NCBI RefSeq assembly: GCF_035084215.1
Contig: NC_090332.1
Coordinates: forward strand, 16,244,001 to 16,308,000
Source: Heptranchias perlo
Taxonomy: Eukaryota
Direction of reading: 5' to 3'
Length of the DNA: 64,000 bases
A program made the position numbers and the translations under genes. Positions 24,723 through 37,082 of the stretch are shown one piece after another. The first letter of the stretch is position 1; each line of letters starts with the position of its first letter. Below the pieces are notes generated by a model. It saw nothing but the letters and a program-made list of their open reading frames with translations, searched no databases and was not told the DNA's origin.

Positions 24723-25726
24723 ATTGTATTAAAGGATCTGCCATCAGCACAAGGTTCAATGAATACATTCGTTAGTTGGCTGCTGTTGTTCTCCACTCTT
24801 TCAGGCCACATATTCTGTAGCAGCAATAATGTCAACAACAAGCATTTATAAAGTGCCTTTGATGCAGAAGAACGTCCCAAGGCGCTTCACTGACCTAAGT
24901 GGCAAAACAATGGATGCTGAGCCAAAGAAGGTGATATCAGGAGGGGTGACCAAAAGATTGGACGAAGAAATGGGTTTGATAGAGAAAATTAGAGGAGGAG
25001 AGGGAGGTAGATGTATAGGGGTTCAGGGAGGGAATTCCAGAGCATGGAGCTTAGACGACTGAAGGCAGGGTCGCGATGGTGGGGAGTGCACAAGAGGCCA
25101 GATTTAGAGGAAGGAGAATTCAAGGGGGAAGAGGGCTTATAGCACAGGAGAGGAGATTACAGAGGTAGGGACAAGTGAACCCACAGAGAAATTTAAGCAC
25201 AAAGATGAAGATTTTGAAATTTGAGGCACTGTGGGACTGGGAGCCAATGTAGGTCAGTATGGAAAGAGATGATATATGAGCTTGACTGGGTGTCAGATAG
25301 GATAAACTGAAGTTTACAGAGTGTTCAGGTTGTCGAGGCTGGTCAGGAGAGCATTGGAATAATCGAGCCTGGAGGTAACAAAGGCATGGATAAGGGTTTC
25401 GGCAGGAGATGAGCTGAGGTAGGGTTGGAGGTAGGCGATATTACGGAGGTATAAGTAGACGGTCTTTAGGATGCAGAAGGTATAGAGGCAGTTCGGGGTC
25501 AAATAGGATGTGAACAGTCTGTGATGTGGCCAGGAAGGGGTAATGGAACTGATGGCAGGGGCATGGATTGCTTGGCTTCGGTCTTCCTGATGTTTAACTG
25601 GAGGAAATTGTGCTAGATCAAAGACTAGGTGTTGGGCTGGCAGCAGAGAGACAATGGAGGGGTCAAGAGAGGTGATGGAGAGGTAGAGCTAGTTGTCATC
25701 TGAATATATATAGAAGCTGACCTCAT

Positions 25727-26235
25727 GGCCTAGAAATCCATTGCTGCTGCGCCCATTTTACAGGCGTAAAACTGGCAACTAAGGGCCCAATAGGGCAGAC
25801 GGCAAGCGAGCTCATTCTGTGCTGGGAGTGCGTCGCCCACCATGTTGATTAAGGCCAAACTAACTTTCCCTTAAAGGGAAACCTGCCGCAGGGAAGGTGA
25901 GTTAAAAGTTTTTTTTTACTTATTGTGCTTCTTCTGGCTCCATGGGTCGCTGACAGCCACTGCTCAACAACCCCCACCCCCCCACCCCCCACACTGATTG
26001 TCTTCACCCCCTTCCGGACCCTCAGCCGGCATCCAAGCCAACCGATCTTGCTGCTCCACTACGACTGGGGAGCTGCCTCTGGGGCCGCAAATGGTGCCCG
26101 CAGTCTCGCGGTGCTATCTTAATGGGGCCAGTGGACCAACTTGCTGTGCTCCTGCCACCGGCCTTATTTGGTGCATGTAGCATGTGCTGCACTGGGAATG
26201 CTCTCCTATTCAGGCGTGGTTCAATTCCTAGGCCC
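25727..26235. mobile_element. MITE inserted in L2
   Basis: TIRs GGCCTAGAAAT ... ATTCCTAGGCC; L2 homology resumes immediately after. Confidence 0.7.
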
Positions 26236-26253
26236 ATATATTTGGATGATGTC

Positions 26254-26313
26254 AGCAATAAATGCTGGCCTCGCCAGCGACGCCCACATCCCATGAACAA
26301 ATTTTTTTTAAAA
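26254..26313 (+). mobile_element. Short LINE/SINE 3' tail insertion
   Basis: 'gcaataaatgctggcctcgccagcgacgcccacatcccatgaac' followed by T/A run. Confidence 0.8.
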
Positions 26314-27159
26314 AGAGACAGGCTGTAGTTGTAGCTGACAAGGCCAAGGAAAGATCTTTGGGGGATTCCTGAGGTGATGGTGGGGAGTGGGAAGAGAAGG
26401 TGTTACTGGAGATGCGACTGGCTAGGTAAGAGTGGCACCAAGCTGGATAACAGATGAAAGGCGTTGGAAGAGGATGACATGGTAAATCCTGTCAAAGGCT
26501 GCAGAGAGGACAAGGAGGGATAATGCACCACGGGCACCGTTCTAGTCATAGAGAATGTCATTCATGACTTTTTGGTTATGGCTGTTTTGGTGCTGTTGTG
26601 GGGAGTGGGGGGAATAGTTGATTGGAGCGATTCAAGCTGCGATATGTGGGAGAACTGGGCAGTAATCTGAGAGTAAGCACATCGTAGCAACTACACCCCA
26701 AGCCTTCTCTTTTATTGCTTTGTTATTATTTAATGGGAAGATTGTAGTGGATCCGATAATAAAAGCAGTTAGTTATTACCCCACCAATTTGAGTGTCAGT
26801 ATTGACCCAGTTTAACTTCAGGCTATGAAACCAATCTCAGCACATCAATGAGGAACTTTTGCCCTTAACTACAATTACAGACAATTGTTTTGTCTGATTT
26901 TTGTATTTTACTTGGACAACGGGTCCGATCTTCAGGGTCATTTCTGCTTGTTCTAAGGTCCCTTTCCAGCTCTTCTGTTGCTACAGCGGTTTGCCTGCTG
27001 CAGCACTGTCAATATTTCCCTCCTCACGTTGCTGGGCCCCCTCTCGGCTTTGGAAATCCCGCCAGGGGCCGGCCATGCATCTCGAATCAGGCCCATCCCG
27101 GGGAAATGGGTTGGGGGTGGAGTGGATTCAGAGAGGTGGCTGAAAGTCCCACCCTGCTG

Positions 27160-27260
27160 GAACTCCGCCCCAAAGAGGATAATCACGGCCAGAATGACGT
27201 ACTCAGCCAGGATTCCCAGAGGTGTGGTGTTTGACCAAAGGAAGTGAAAGGATTGGCTGT
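27160..27260. promoter_or_regulatory. Candidate cis-regulatory motif cluster
   Basis: GC box CTCCGCCC, CRE-like TGACGTA, RUNX TGTGGT, ETS/IRF-like AGGAAGTGAAA and reverse CCAAT GATTGGCT within ~100 bp. Confidence 0.25.
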
Positions 27261-27502
27261 ACAACCAGCGCACCTCTTAGTGGGCACATGGGATTCAAGA
27301 TGCCACCAAAGCAAACAGACAAGGTCTGCTGGTCAGGGATGGTCACTTGGGTACAGTTGATGCTGTAACATGAGGAGCAGGTTAACACCAGAAAAAAAAT
27401 ATTGTGATAACTTTAACTAACACTGCTACCACCAAACTGATTCCATATGATGAGGGTAGTTGGATGAACTTTTTTCCCCTTTTCTATCTGAATATTAGTG
27501 TT

Positions 27503-27780
27503 AAGAACATAAGAAATAGGAGCAGGAGTGGGCCATACGACCCCTCGAGCCTGCTCCGCCATTGAATAAGATCGTGGCTGACCTTCGACCTCAACTCCAC
27601 TTTCCCGCCTCATCCCCATATCCCTTGCTTCCCTTAAGAGTCCAAAAATCTTTTGATTTCAGTCTTGAATATACTCAATGACTGACCATCCACAGCCCTC
27701 TGGGGTAGAGAATTCCAAAGATTCACAACTCTGAGTGGTGAAATTTCTCCTCATCTCGGTCCTAAATGGCCGACTCCTTT
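27503..27780 (-). mobile_element. CR1 LINE 3' end
   Basis: 'aagaacataagaaataggagcaggagtgggccat...ctctggggtagagaattccaaag' typical reverse CR1 terminus. Confidence 0.88.
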
Positions 27781-28774
27781 CCATGAACTGGATAGAAGCT
27801 GTGGCAGAACTCACAGGAATAGAATATCACGATGTGATTGAAATAATTCCCCATTTCCCCCCCCCCCTCAACAAATGATTTTCAAATCTAGAGTCTGGAT
27901 CACCAAACACTGGGACAGGAGAGGACTCGTGATAAGGCCAGTTATTGTCTGGATTTGAAACATTTCTCCTTCAGCCAAGGACTGTGTGAATATTGTTGTC
28001 AGAACAAACAGAAACAGATGACTCCTTTCAGTGTAATCAATTTGCCATTTACATGTAGTACCCAAGGGTGACACAAAGACAATGACAGCAATCTCATTGT
28101 TCCTAATAATGCAGAATCCGTGGCAGTCAGCACTTATACTGAGAACGGACAAAGTTGATATCCAGCACCTTGTCATTGCTGTTGTGTTTCGAGCACCCTT
28201 GGTTTTAATTAACTGCAGTGAGTTACCCTGTCGCTTGGCAGTGAAGCTATCATTCGCACTCACGGGATAATTCTTTTTCATTACACATTTCATTCAGACT
28301 GCAAAGTGTGGGACCAAGACATTACCAAGGACTTGTTTCAGTGTTTATTTAGGCTGTGTTTGCACTGTGTGTTTCAGGTGCACTGATGACGTGCAGCATA
28401 TACATTTCATTGAAAAACTTCCCTGCCAACTCCTGAGTTCTTTCATGTCTTTCAACATGTGGGATTGGAACTGATTTGAACATTTCTCACCCTGCTATTA
28501 ATTCGGCTAAACTGCCCAAGTTTGTAGTGTTCATACTCGGTGATGCATCGCTATATCTATTATGAATCATCTTTATTGCTTTTAATCCATCAATTTTAGT
28601 AAGTTTACACTGTCATGAATACACTATGTATCTCCAAATGTGTCATTTCTCAGCGGAAATCAAGCTCACTGCTTTTATTTTATCTCGCTTTGCCCTTCAT
28701 TTGTAATGATTGTTCAGTCCTACCTTCTTTGAGTGGTGGAAGATTATGGAAGGATATCTTTTTAGACCAAAAAG

Positions 28775-29325
28775 GAAAGAAAGACTTTCATTTATACAAT
28801 GCCTTTCATGACCAAAGCGCTTTACAGCCAATGAGGTGCTTGTGAAGTAACTCACTGTTGTAATGTAGGAAATGCAGCAGCCAATTTGCACACAGCAAGG
28901 TTCCACAAACAACACTGTGATAATGACCAGATAATCTGTTTTAGTGATGTTGGTTGAGGGATAACTATTGGCCAGGACATCAGGGAGAACTCCCCTGCTC
29001 CTCTTCTTCGAAATTGTGCCATGGGATCTTTTACATCCACCTGAGAGGGTAGACGGGGCCTCTGTTTAACGTCTCATCTGAAAGACGACACCTCCGCCTC
29101 CAAACCAAGGGAAGGGAACTTTCCCACTGAGTGTAAAATTTTACATGAGGTCTAATATTGTAGAATAACTGGAAAGTCTCGTGTGAATGGTACAAGAGCT
29201 GATAACTGGATCCCTCAGTACTGAACTGGAATGTCAGCCTGGATCATGTGCTCAAATCTCTGGACTGGGGCTTGAGCCTACAACCTTCTGACTCTGATGC
29301 GAGAGTGCCACCACTGAGTAAGGGC
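28775..29325 (-). mobile_element. Deu-domain tRNA SINE (SacSINE1/AmnSINE1-like), full length with internal insert
   Basis: Minus strand: tRNA head 'ctcagtggtggcactctcgcatcagagtcagaaggttgtaggctcaagcccc', Deu-like core 'gtctttcagatgagacgttaaac...aaagatcccatggcac...tgtcctggccaa', L2-like tail. Confidence 0.88.
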
Positions 29326-29429
29326 AGTTCAGCTTGCTGAAAGGGAATTGTCTATTTTGAGTTCCTGGAATAGCTGCCTTGGAAAACCTCATCTTGCAGC
29401 TAACAGACTGGCTGGCAGGAAAGTTTAAG

Positions 29430-29612
29430 TTATAGTAGGATGTGTGATAATGTGATGTACATTACACTTTGCACCAGAGCTTGCAGGATAGCTCTCAGAA
29501 GCAAGAACTCTGATCTTTCCCTTTCTAACCCGGGTATGCCAAGTTGTAGCATCCAATTGCTGACCCTGCTGAGGCCACCTAACTCGGCATAGACCTGGAA
29601 TGGAACATGGGA
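29430..29612 (-). mobile_element. Old tRNA SINE fragment
   Basis: Similar in reverse to ~9910-10070 and ~13490-13630. Confidence 0.45.
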
Positions 29613-29619
29613 TATATGG

Positions 29620-29760
29620 AGCAAAACCAGAAAACACTCATCTGGTCAGGCAGCAACTGTGGAGAGAACAGATAAGTTAATATTTTGGGTGTGGGCCCTT
29701 CATCAAAACTAGAGGATGTGACCGATGAACAGACCAAAGGGAACTGGGGGAGGGAAAGAA
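29620..29760 (-). mobile_element. Penelope-like terminal-repeat fragment with decayed hammerhead
   Basis: 'tggtcaggcagcaactgtggagag'; minus strand 'agttTTGATGAagggcccacacccAAAATATTaact' is a mutated CUGANGA/GAAACGUU. Confidence 0.6.
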
Positions 29761-30499
29761 CACATCAATCATAAGACCAAGTCATTCTATTACTTTACTT
29801 AAGTAGAAAACAGGAAACAGTTAAATGGCAGAAGTGATATTAGATATGCATTGGGATATATTAGTGCTACAGCAGGCAGTGTCTCACTTGGCCATTGGGA
29901 TAACGTCTCTTTAAAAATAACATGTGGGTATCATCATAAACTGCCCTAGATCTCCAGTGCAATTGATTGTGGCATATTCTAACCTCAGAAGATACACTCA
30001 ACGTTAAGAGAAATATCTGGAACTTTCACAGTCCACCTGGAATCTCACTCTTCAGTTTCCAGTTTGTCCTTGGTTTGGTATTCACATGTGCCCAAGCCCG
30101 TCACAGCAGAATTCACACAAAACAGTTAATTTCAGTGATCTTTTCAAAGCTCTGACTGCAGAGCTGACAACTAGGAAAAGATGGAAATGTCCTTCAAACT
30201 AATTTGTAATCCATAGTGTTAAATAGAGAGTAATGAGTGGGCAGGAGAGATTGGAGGAAACTTATCTCATTAATGTTTGTTTATAGCCATATCAATCCTG
30301 AGATGAGATTAGTTTCATTGCAGTTGCTTGCAATACTTCGATACAATGGCGATGTTTGTTAGCAACTATAAATATGTGGGGTATTTCCATATGGAAGCTT
30401 TTATGATAAGTAACATGACTGGAGCATCCCAGCTACCTGTGCCATTCAGAATACATGTAATGGTGCCAAGAACAGTAACTTATACTTCTGTGATACACA

Positions 30500-31070
30500 T
30501 CATAAATAGAGATGTCTCAGAGGGCTTTACAGGGCAGTGGGTAAAGAGTAGACATTTAGCAGTGGGAGAAAGAGGGATTGGAAGTGCATGTCCTGTCAAA
30601 GAGAAGGATCTTTAACGAGGCTTTTGAAAACAGGGAAGGAGGTGACAAAAGCAAGGTGCTGAGGGAGGGAGTTTGAGGACAGGGACATAATGGGTGGAGG
30701 AATGGCTACTGCTGGTGGAACAGAGTAAGTGGGAACAGGGAGTAAGCCGATGTTGTTGGGGGGGCGGGGATAGGAGGGTTCGTGCAGGGATCCTTGATTG
30801 GAGGACATCTGAGCTATTGTGGAGTGAGGCCATGGAGGTATTTGAAAGTGAGGACAGTGAGCCAGTGAAACTAGTTATGGACAGGGGGTGAAGGTGTGGG
30901 CTGCAGTGCGGGTAAAGACGCAGTTGATGACGTTTTTAGACGAGTTGTAGTTTGGGGTCAAGCAGAGTTCAGATGTTTCCCCAAAAGGAGTGAAGGAGGC
31001 CAGCATGGAGAACATTGGAGAATGAAGCAGTAGAATGCTTTGAAAAAACACAGCCAAGACTGAGGCCTGC
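30500..31070 (-). mobile_element. Old L2 LINE 3' fragment
   Basis: Purine-rich strand, 'gggagggagtttgag', 'gaggccatggaggtatttgaaagtgagga' similar to ~18640-19050. Confidence 0.6.
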
Positions 31071-31789
31071 AGCAAATAAGTGCTGGGTATGACTTGGAGG
31101 GAGAAGTAGCTGCTACAAGACCGCAGCTCCCACGGGGGATCTTAGGGCTTTTATCGCCACTTCTCAAGACCGTCCACATGGCAGTCCTGGGAAGTGGTAG
31201 TAAGTGGGGTGGATGGGAGGTAAATCCTTTGGGGACACAGGCCACCCCCACCTCCCATTGTATGTGATGGTTAGAGAAGGAGCGGTCGGTGGCAGCCTTG
31301 GCAGGGGAAGGGAAGTCCTGGTTGGGGTGGTGAGGTGGCGGTCACGTAAAGGGCTGCATTGAATAAATATAAGGGCTGATTTTACAAATGCACTGTACGG
31401 GGAGCCTTATCGGGAGTGCTTTTCATGAATTGCGTGGACAACGCCCATGACATCTCTCTCAGGGCTCCTGGTGGACAAGGCTTCTGCAGTGCACGTTCGT
31501 AACCTCGGTCCCATTGTATCCAGAGGACCAGCAGCATTTTCAGTTTACACGTTGGCTGTAAAATTGAAAATGATTGTAGGTAGATAAGATAGAGAATATT
31601 GTCTGGGAGAGAGATTACCAGCTATTAATCTTATTAGGTTTGGGTGATATCACCGACCAGAAAGAGAAAGCTCCCAGGCAGATTGTAACTTTCATCTGAA
31701 CTGCAAAAAAAGAGATTACTGCCTGGAAGTTAGTCCAGTGAAACCAATTTTCCTACTTTTTTGTCCATTTCCCCCACGTCCCTATTTTG

Positions 31790-32148
31790 CTCCCCTTCTT
31801 TGCTGGAGGTCATGCAAAGGTACAGTTCCACAAATGCATTCAGCCCTTTGGTATCTTACCCATGTAATCATCATCCCTTATGTGTCAGCCAAGAGAGTGA
31901 GTCTGGGCCAACAGGTATCGTAGCCAAACCTGAGCCTGTCCTCACCAGGTTTTCCAATCAGATTCCCTACATCGTGGATGGGCCAGGTACAATGCCTGGT
32001 TTTATTATTCTCCCCCTGGTCAAGATGCAGCACGTTCAACTGTAGCACCCCAGCCAACGCAGTGTACAACAAAGATTGAACCTTGACCTTCCTGGTCTGT
32101 GGCTCGTTTGCACTCTGGGCAGTACATTTGCAGACTGAGCCCCAGGGG
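31790..32148 (-). mobile_element. Old tRNA-derived SINE
   Basis: Minus strand begins 'ggggctcagtctg...agaccaggaaggtcaaggttcaatc' (A/B-box-like); body shared with 13440 and 33560. Confidence 0.65.
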
Positions 32149-32714
32149 AAATGGTTCTTAATTTCTTTTAATACTTGATGAATGTTGATGGCAGTTTTAT
32201 TTTGTTTTTGCCTTTTTTTTGGTGGTTACCATGGTGAACATTGCAATCCGGGACATTTGGTGTGGTTCAAGAGTGACGATGGGCTTGCTCATGACTAATG
32301 GCTAAAACATTCTCACCAAAACCTTGAGAGATAATCTCTGGCTGATATGCTGACTTTAGCAATTTCTGTTAATGTTCTAAGTTTTTATATGGTAATAAAA
32401 TAAAAGCCAATTTACCATCGGTGCTGATAAAATTCAGGACATACAGTGATGTCTTGACAACACAAAAGACCTTGATGTCATTCCTTTTGCCTAAAGCAAA
32501 CTGGCGGTCACAGTCCTTGTGCAGTGCATCAAACATTTATATTGAATGCAGCTAGTTGAGCCAAGATGTGAGGTTTCCACCAGCTGCAGGCTGAGCCTGT
32601 TAAAATTGCTGTCCTGAATAATAATCTCTGTGTGGTAGTCTTTATTGGGTGGTGTTGTCAGGATTATAGTACAGCACAAGCAAGTTTTTTTTTTAAAAAA
32701 ACAAGCTTTTCAAA

Positions 32715-33132
32715 AAGCAATATGTGAACTTATATAGTACCTTATGACATCCCAAAGCGCTGCACCATTTTGGAATGCATTGACTGTTGTTATGCAGCCA
32801 TTTTTATTGTATGGACAAACATGGCATTTTGCACCATCACCATCCCATAGCGATGGGTGACATTTGTTGAGGGAGAAATAGCAGCTGGAACACTGGGAGG
32901 AAACTCTTGCTTTGTTTCAGTAGTGTTTTACGATCTTTAAATTCCACTTAAACTAGTAGGTGGGACCTTGGCTTCACGTCGTATCTGAAGGACAGCCACC
33001 CAAACAATGCAGCTCCTCCTCAGTATTGCACTGGTGTGTCAACTTAGTTTATGCACATCAATCCTGGATTGGGACATGAACCCACAACCTTTAAGACCCA
33101 GAGGTAGGAGCTCTACCAACTAAGCCAAGCTG
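32715..33132 (-). mobile_element. Deu-domain SINE, decayed
   Basis: 'cctcagtattgcactggtgtgtcaac...gggacatgaacccacaacc...ctaccaactaagcca' homologous to 28775-29325. Confidence 0.75.
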
Positions 33133-33559
33133 TCCTCATACATTTTTCAACCATGATAATGTCTTGCACAATAGTCCTTAGCCCATCAACTTGTTTTCTA
33201 TTGTCAGTCATGCTGTCAGGCTTAGTATCTTGCTCTGCTCTTTTATTCCCCAGTGTCTCGGTGTGGAATCACAAAATGATTTTATAAGTGAGAAAAGTTG
33301 TTGAAGGAGCCATTGTGGCAGGTGAAGGTGCCTCACAGTGTTTGCAGGTAGATGTGAAAATAATCACCGGATTGGTAATAGAGCTGCAGCATCACATCAC
33401 CAGCCATGTCTTCCCCCAGTAACTCTGCCAACTAGTTTTTCACCAATTCTAATTCAGATAATTAATCAAGCAATAATTTAATGACCATGCGCGGGAGCTG
33501 CCGCTGATCACGTCAGATGATTCCACGTGTACAGAGGTGTTGCGTATATCTCTGTCATG

Positions 33560-34000
33560 TTTTTTTTGCTTTTCTTTCCTCAGTTATCTGCCCTCCTCTG
33601 CTGAAGACAGTGACTCATGCCGGGGTACAATTCTACGAGTGTCCATAACCTTCGAGTCCCCCTCACAAGTGGCCATTCTTCATGTGTGCACCCAGATGGT
33701 GAGTTTTAGCTTGCTTCTCGACTATGTGGGGCGTCACAGCTGCGCATGATTCAGTCCTCGCTGACGTCTACATACGTGGTCTTTCCAACAGCTGGTCATC
33801 GAACAGCAATCAGAAACTGATTGTTTTTATTTTTGCTCCTCACCGAGCTCGAGAACATTAAGGCCAATAGAGGTGCCCCCACCACTGACGCAGCTAAAAT
33901 CAGCCAGTTCAGCATCGCACAGATATAGAGCGTGGGACGTTCCTGACCTGTAGAGTTCACACCATCACGTGAAATGCACTTATCCACGAACCCATTGGTG
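33560..34000 (-). mobile_element. Old tRNA-derived SINE
   Basis: Colinear with 31790-32148 ('ggtacaattctac', 'cattcttcatgtgtg', 'ttcctgacctgta'). Confidence 0.6.
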
Positions 34001-34049
34001 AACTATTTTGCTTATTACTGAAGTTATGGAGTGAGTTAACTACATTGCT

Positions 34050-34585
34050 TCTTGGCCTTGGCCAGACCCCATCTGGAGTATTGGGTTCGGTTTTGGGCAC
34101 AGCACCTCAGGGACATTATATTGGTCTTGGACTGGGTACACCACAGATTCACCAAAATGATGGCAGGGCTTAAAGGGTTAAATTATGAAGACAGGCTGCA
34201 TAAACTTGGTTATATTCCCTTGAGTTTAGAGGATTGATGGATGATCTAATTGACATATTTAAAATGGAAAAGGCATTCGATAGAGTAGATCCAGAGAAAC
34301 TATTTCCTCTGGTGGGGGAATCCAGAACAAGGGGGTATAATAAAATTAGAGCTAGGCCATTCAAGAGTGGAATCAGAAAGCACTTTTTCACACAGTGGGT
34401 AGTGGAAATCTGTACCTGTCTCACCCAAAAGGCTGTGGATGCTGGGCCAATCAAGATTTTCAAGGCTGAGATCAATAGATTTTAGTTAGGTACCGGTAAG
34501 GATTCAAAGGAATTGAGGTACAGATCAACCATGATCTGGTTGGGACAGGCTCAAGAGGCTGAATGGCCTACTCTCCTATGTTTCT
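34050..34585 (+). mobile_element. CR1 LINE 3' fragment
   Basis: 'RPHLEYWVRFWAQHLR', 'KLFPLVGESRTRG...IRKHFFTQWVVE'. Confidence 0.9.
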
Positions 34586-35777
34586 CATGGGTTTAAGAAC
34601 CTCAGAGAAGTTTAAAGGAGACTACAATCATCAATATTGTCACTGATTGCAATACTGTAGAAAAATGGGACCTATATGTTTCGGTCACTTTTTGAAACAA
34701 CCAATTTTCTGTCTTGCCTAGCCTTCCAATTAGTTTCACATCATATCACCTAATTGACAGAGGCTATCACTCGGTTAAATGAGTAATGTGGCTGTCCAAT
34801 CCCATGACTAAATTTGTGGTTCAGGCACTGGGCCTAGTAAATTGTTGGCAGGCCGGTCACTGGAGAACCAGTTGCTCTCGAGAAGCTTTATTTCAATGAG
34901 GCCCGGGGTTTAGGGGTCAAACCTTACTTGGCTGAGGGTTAAACGGACACTGTGTGGTGGAATTACAAATCGATATGTATAAAATAATTGGCTTTTCTTG
35001 ACCTGTCACTTAATGCCTATCAGCAACACATGTACAGTTGGTTACAGACGTTGCTGCTGGCTTTGCTTCTACCGTGAAACCTGACAGAGTGATGGCATAA
35101 TAATCATGTGCCTAATATAAATCCGAGAAGCAAACCTGCAGTGAGGTTTCACCGCAGTGTGAACTGCCACAACCATCGGACGCATTTTTTTTCAAAAGAA
35201 GAGCCAGCTGGTACAATCAGCATTTTTGTGGTGGGGGGAGGGAGTGATTTATTTATTTTATTCTCCTCTTTCTTGGTTTCATGCCATACCATCTGTGGTT
35301 GAGAGGTCAGCCAGATGATCTCTGGTGGTGACATTTTATTTGTCATCACTGGGAGTAGTTAGCTTCGAGTGAAGGTCACACATCCTCAGTTTTCTCCCTA
35401 CAACTGTCTAAGGAGATTGAACAATGAGCAGACAGTGAGCTTCTCCACAGAGTTAAACCAGTCTGTTTCAGTCCAGGAGGTGGGGTGAGAGCATATGATT
35501 GAAGTTTTTAAATGACCGAAAAGGTTCAATAAGGTCAACATAGAGAGGTGGACAAGAGGATATTATTCAGCTGAAGAAAGTCTAGGTGCTTAGCTTAGGG
35601 AATCACTTCTTCACAATTAGCTAGCAAACACTGACTCCTCTTCAGACGGCAATTGGACCATTTCCTGATTCAACACAGGGCAGCGAGAAATGGATTTGGG
35701 TTACGAAAATGGCCAGATGAGTCTCTGATGAGGCGAGCTGTGTCAGCTGAGTGACCTCTTCTCATTCCGAAGCAGCT

Positions 35778-36145
35778 CTCATAGAATCTTACAGGCACAG
35801 AAGGAGGCCATTCGACCCATTGTGGCCGTGACAGCTCTTTGAAAGAGCTATCCAATTAGTCCCGTAGCCCTACAATTTTCTCCTTCAAGTATTCAATTCC
35901 CTTTGGAAAGTTAGTATTGAATCTGCTTTCATCACCCCTTCAGGCAGTGCATTCCCAATCATCAGAACTCACGGCGAAAAGAAAATTCTCCTCATTTTGC
36001 CTCTGGCTCTTTTGCCAATTACCTTAAATCTGTGGCCTCTGGTTACCGACCCTTCTACCAGTGGAGCAGTTTCTCCCTATTTACTCCAGCAAAACCCTTC
36101 GTGATTTTGAACAGCTCTATCAAATCTCCCCTTGACCATCTCTGT
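35778..36145 (-). mobile_element. CR1 LINE 3' end (subfamily A)
   Basis: 'RGDLIELFKITKGF'; matches 414-718. Confidence 0.88.
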
Positions 36146-36699
36146 TTTTCTATGTAACTCTCCTTAACTTTTTTTCCCCAAATGTTATATTCTTGAGACT
36201 TTCTGCCCTCTTTAATACAGGGACACTGAGGTTTGGTGCAGAGAGAACAGGACACCAACATCTGGGCTTTTGTCTGATTTATCTTGAAGGATAAGGGAGA
36301 AATTATGGAAGAAATGAAATAAATGGGATAGGATCAATGATTGGACTGATTGTACATGGTCTATGGAAAGGGCAGGCTTGATGGGACAAGGATTCTTTTC
36401 TTGCTCTATGCACTATTGTATTCTGTTGCATTTTAGGTCTTATCTGCTTTATGTGGCTAAGATCAGGAACTGCCTGGAATTAGGCAGATGGAAGAAGAGA
36501 TTTGAACTTGTATCCAGTCACTCTGTACTGCTACATGTTAGTGTTTCAATGTTCTGTGTGCCTGAGCTGTCCTGAATGGGGAAGAAATAACTTAGTTTCA
36601 ATGGGACAAAAATCGGGCAGGTTCTACAACAGGTGGGCGATCCACTGTGCCAAGTTACCACCCAGGCAGCGAAGTTGAAAATTCCCCCCGCAACTCTGC

Positions 36700-37082
36700 C
36701 ACACTCTATCCCTTACTGTACCAAATCCTCGCGACTTCCAATGACTCCCATCCCTCAGTATGTCGACTTCACAGCCTTGTGACAATCTACTTCTGCAACC
36801 TTCTCCAACTCTACTTACTCACTCACACTACCTGCTTCTCTGCCTCTGGTTTACTGTGCATTCACCTCCTCTCCCTGCTCTACCATCAGTGGCAGAACCT
36901 TCAGCCAACTTGTTCCCATTCTCTGGAACTATCTCCCTCTGAAGTCCTCCCATCTTGTTGAGTCGCTCCCCACCTCAAAAGCCTCCTTAAATTCGACCTC
37001 TTCAGTTGTGCCTTTGGCCACTTTTAACTTCTCCCTCACCCTGGCTGAGGTTCAATCCCATTTGTGAACTGCACTTGGGACT
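36700..37082 (+). mobile_element. Old L2 LINE 3' fragment
   Basis: 'tctacttctgcaaccttctcc...ctctggaact...aagcctccttaaa...ctcttc' similar to the reverse of ~18550-18880. Confidence 0.6.

Larger units (their letters stand above)
24830..26680 (-). mobile_element. L2 LINE fragment interrupted by a MITE and a LINE tail
   Basis: Minus frame 'AETLIHAFVTSRLDYSNALL'; homologous to ~18500-19850 on both sides of the inserts. Confidence 0.8.
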
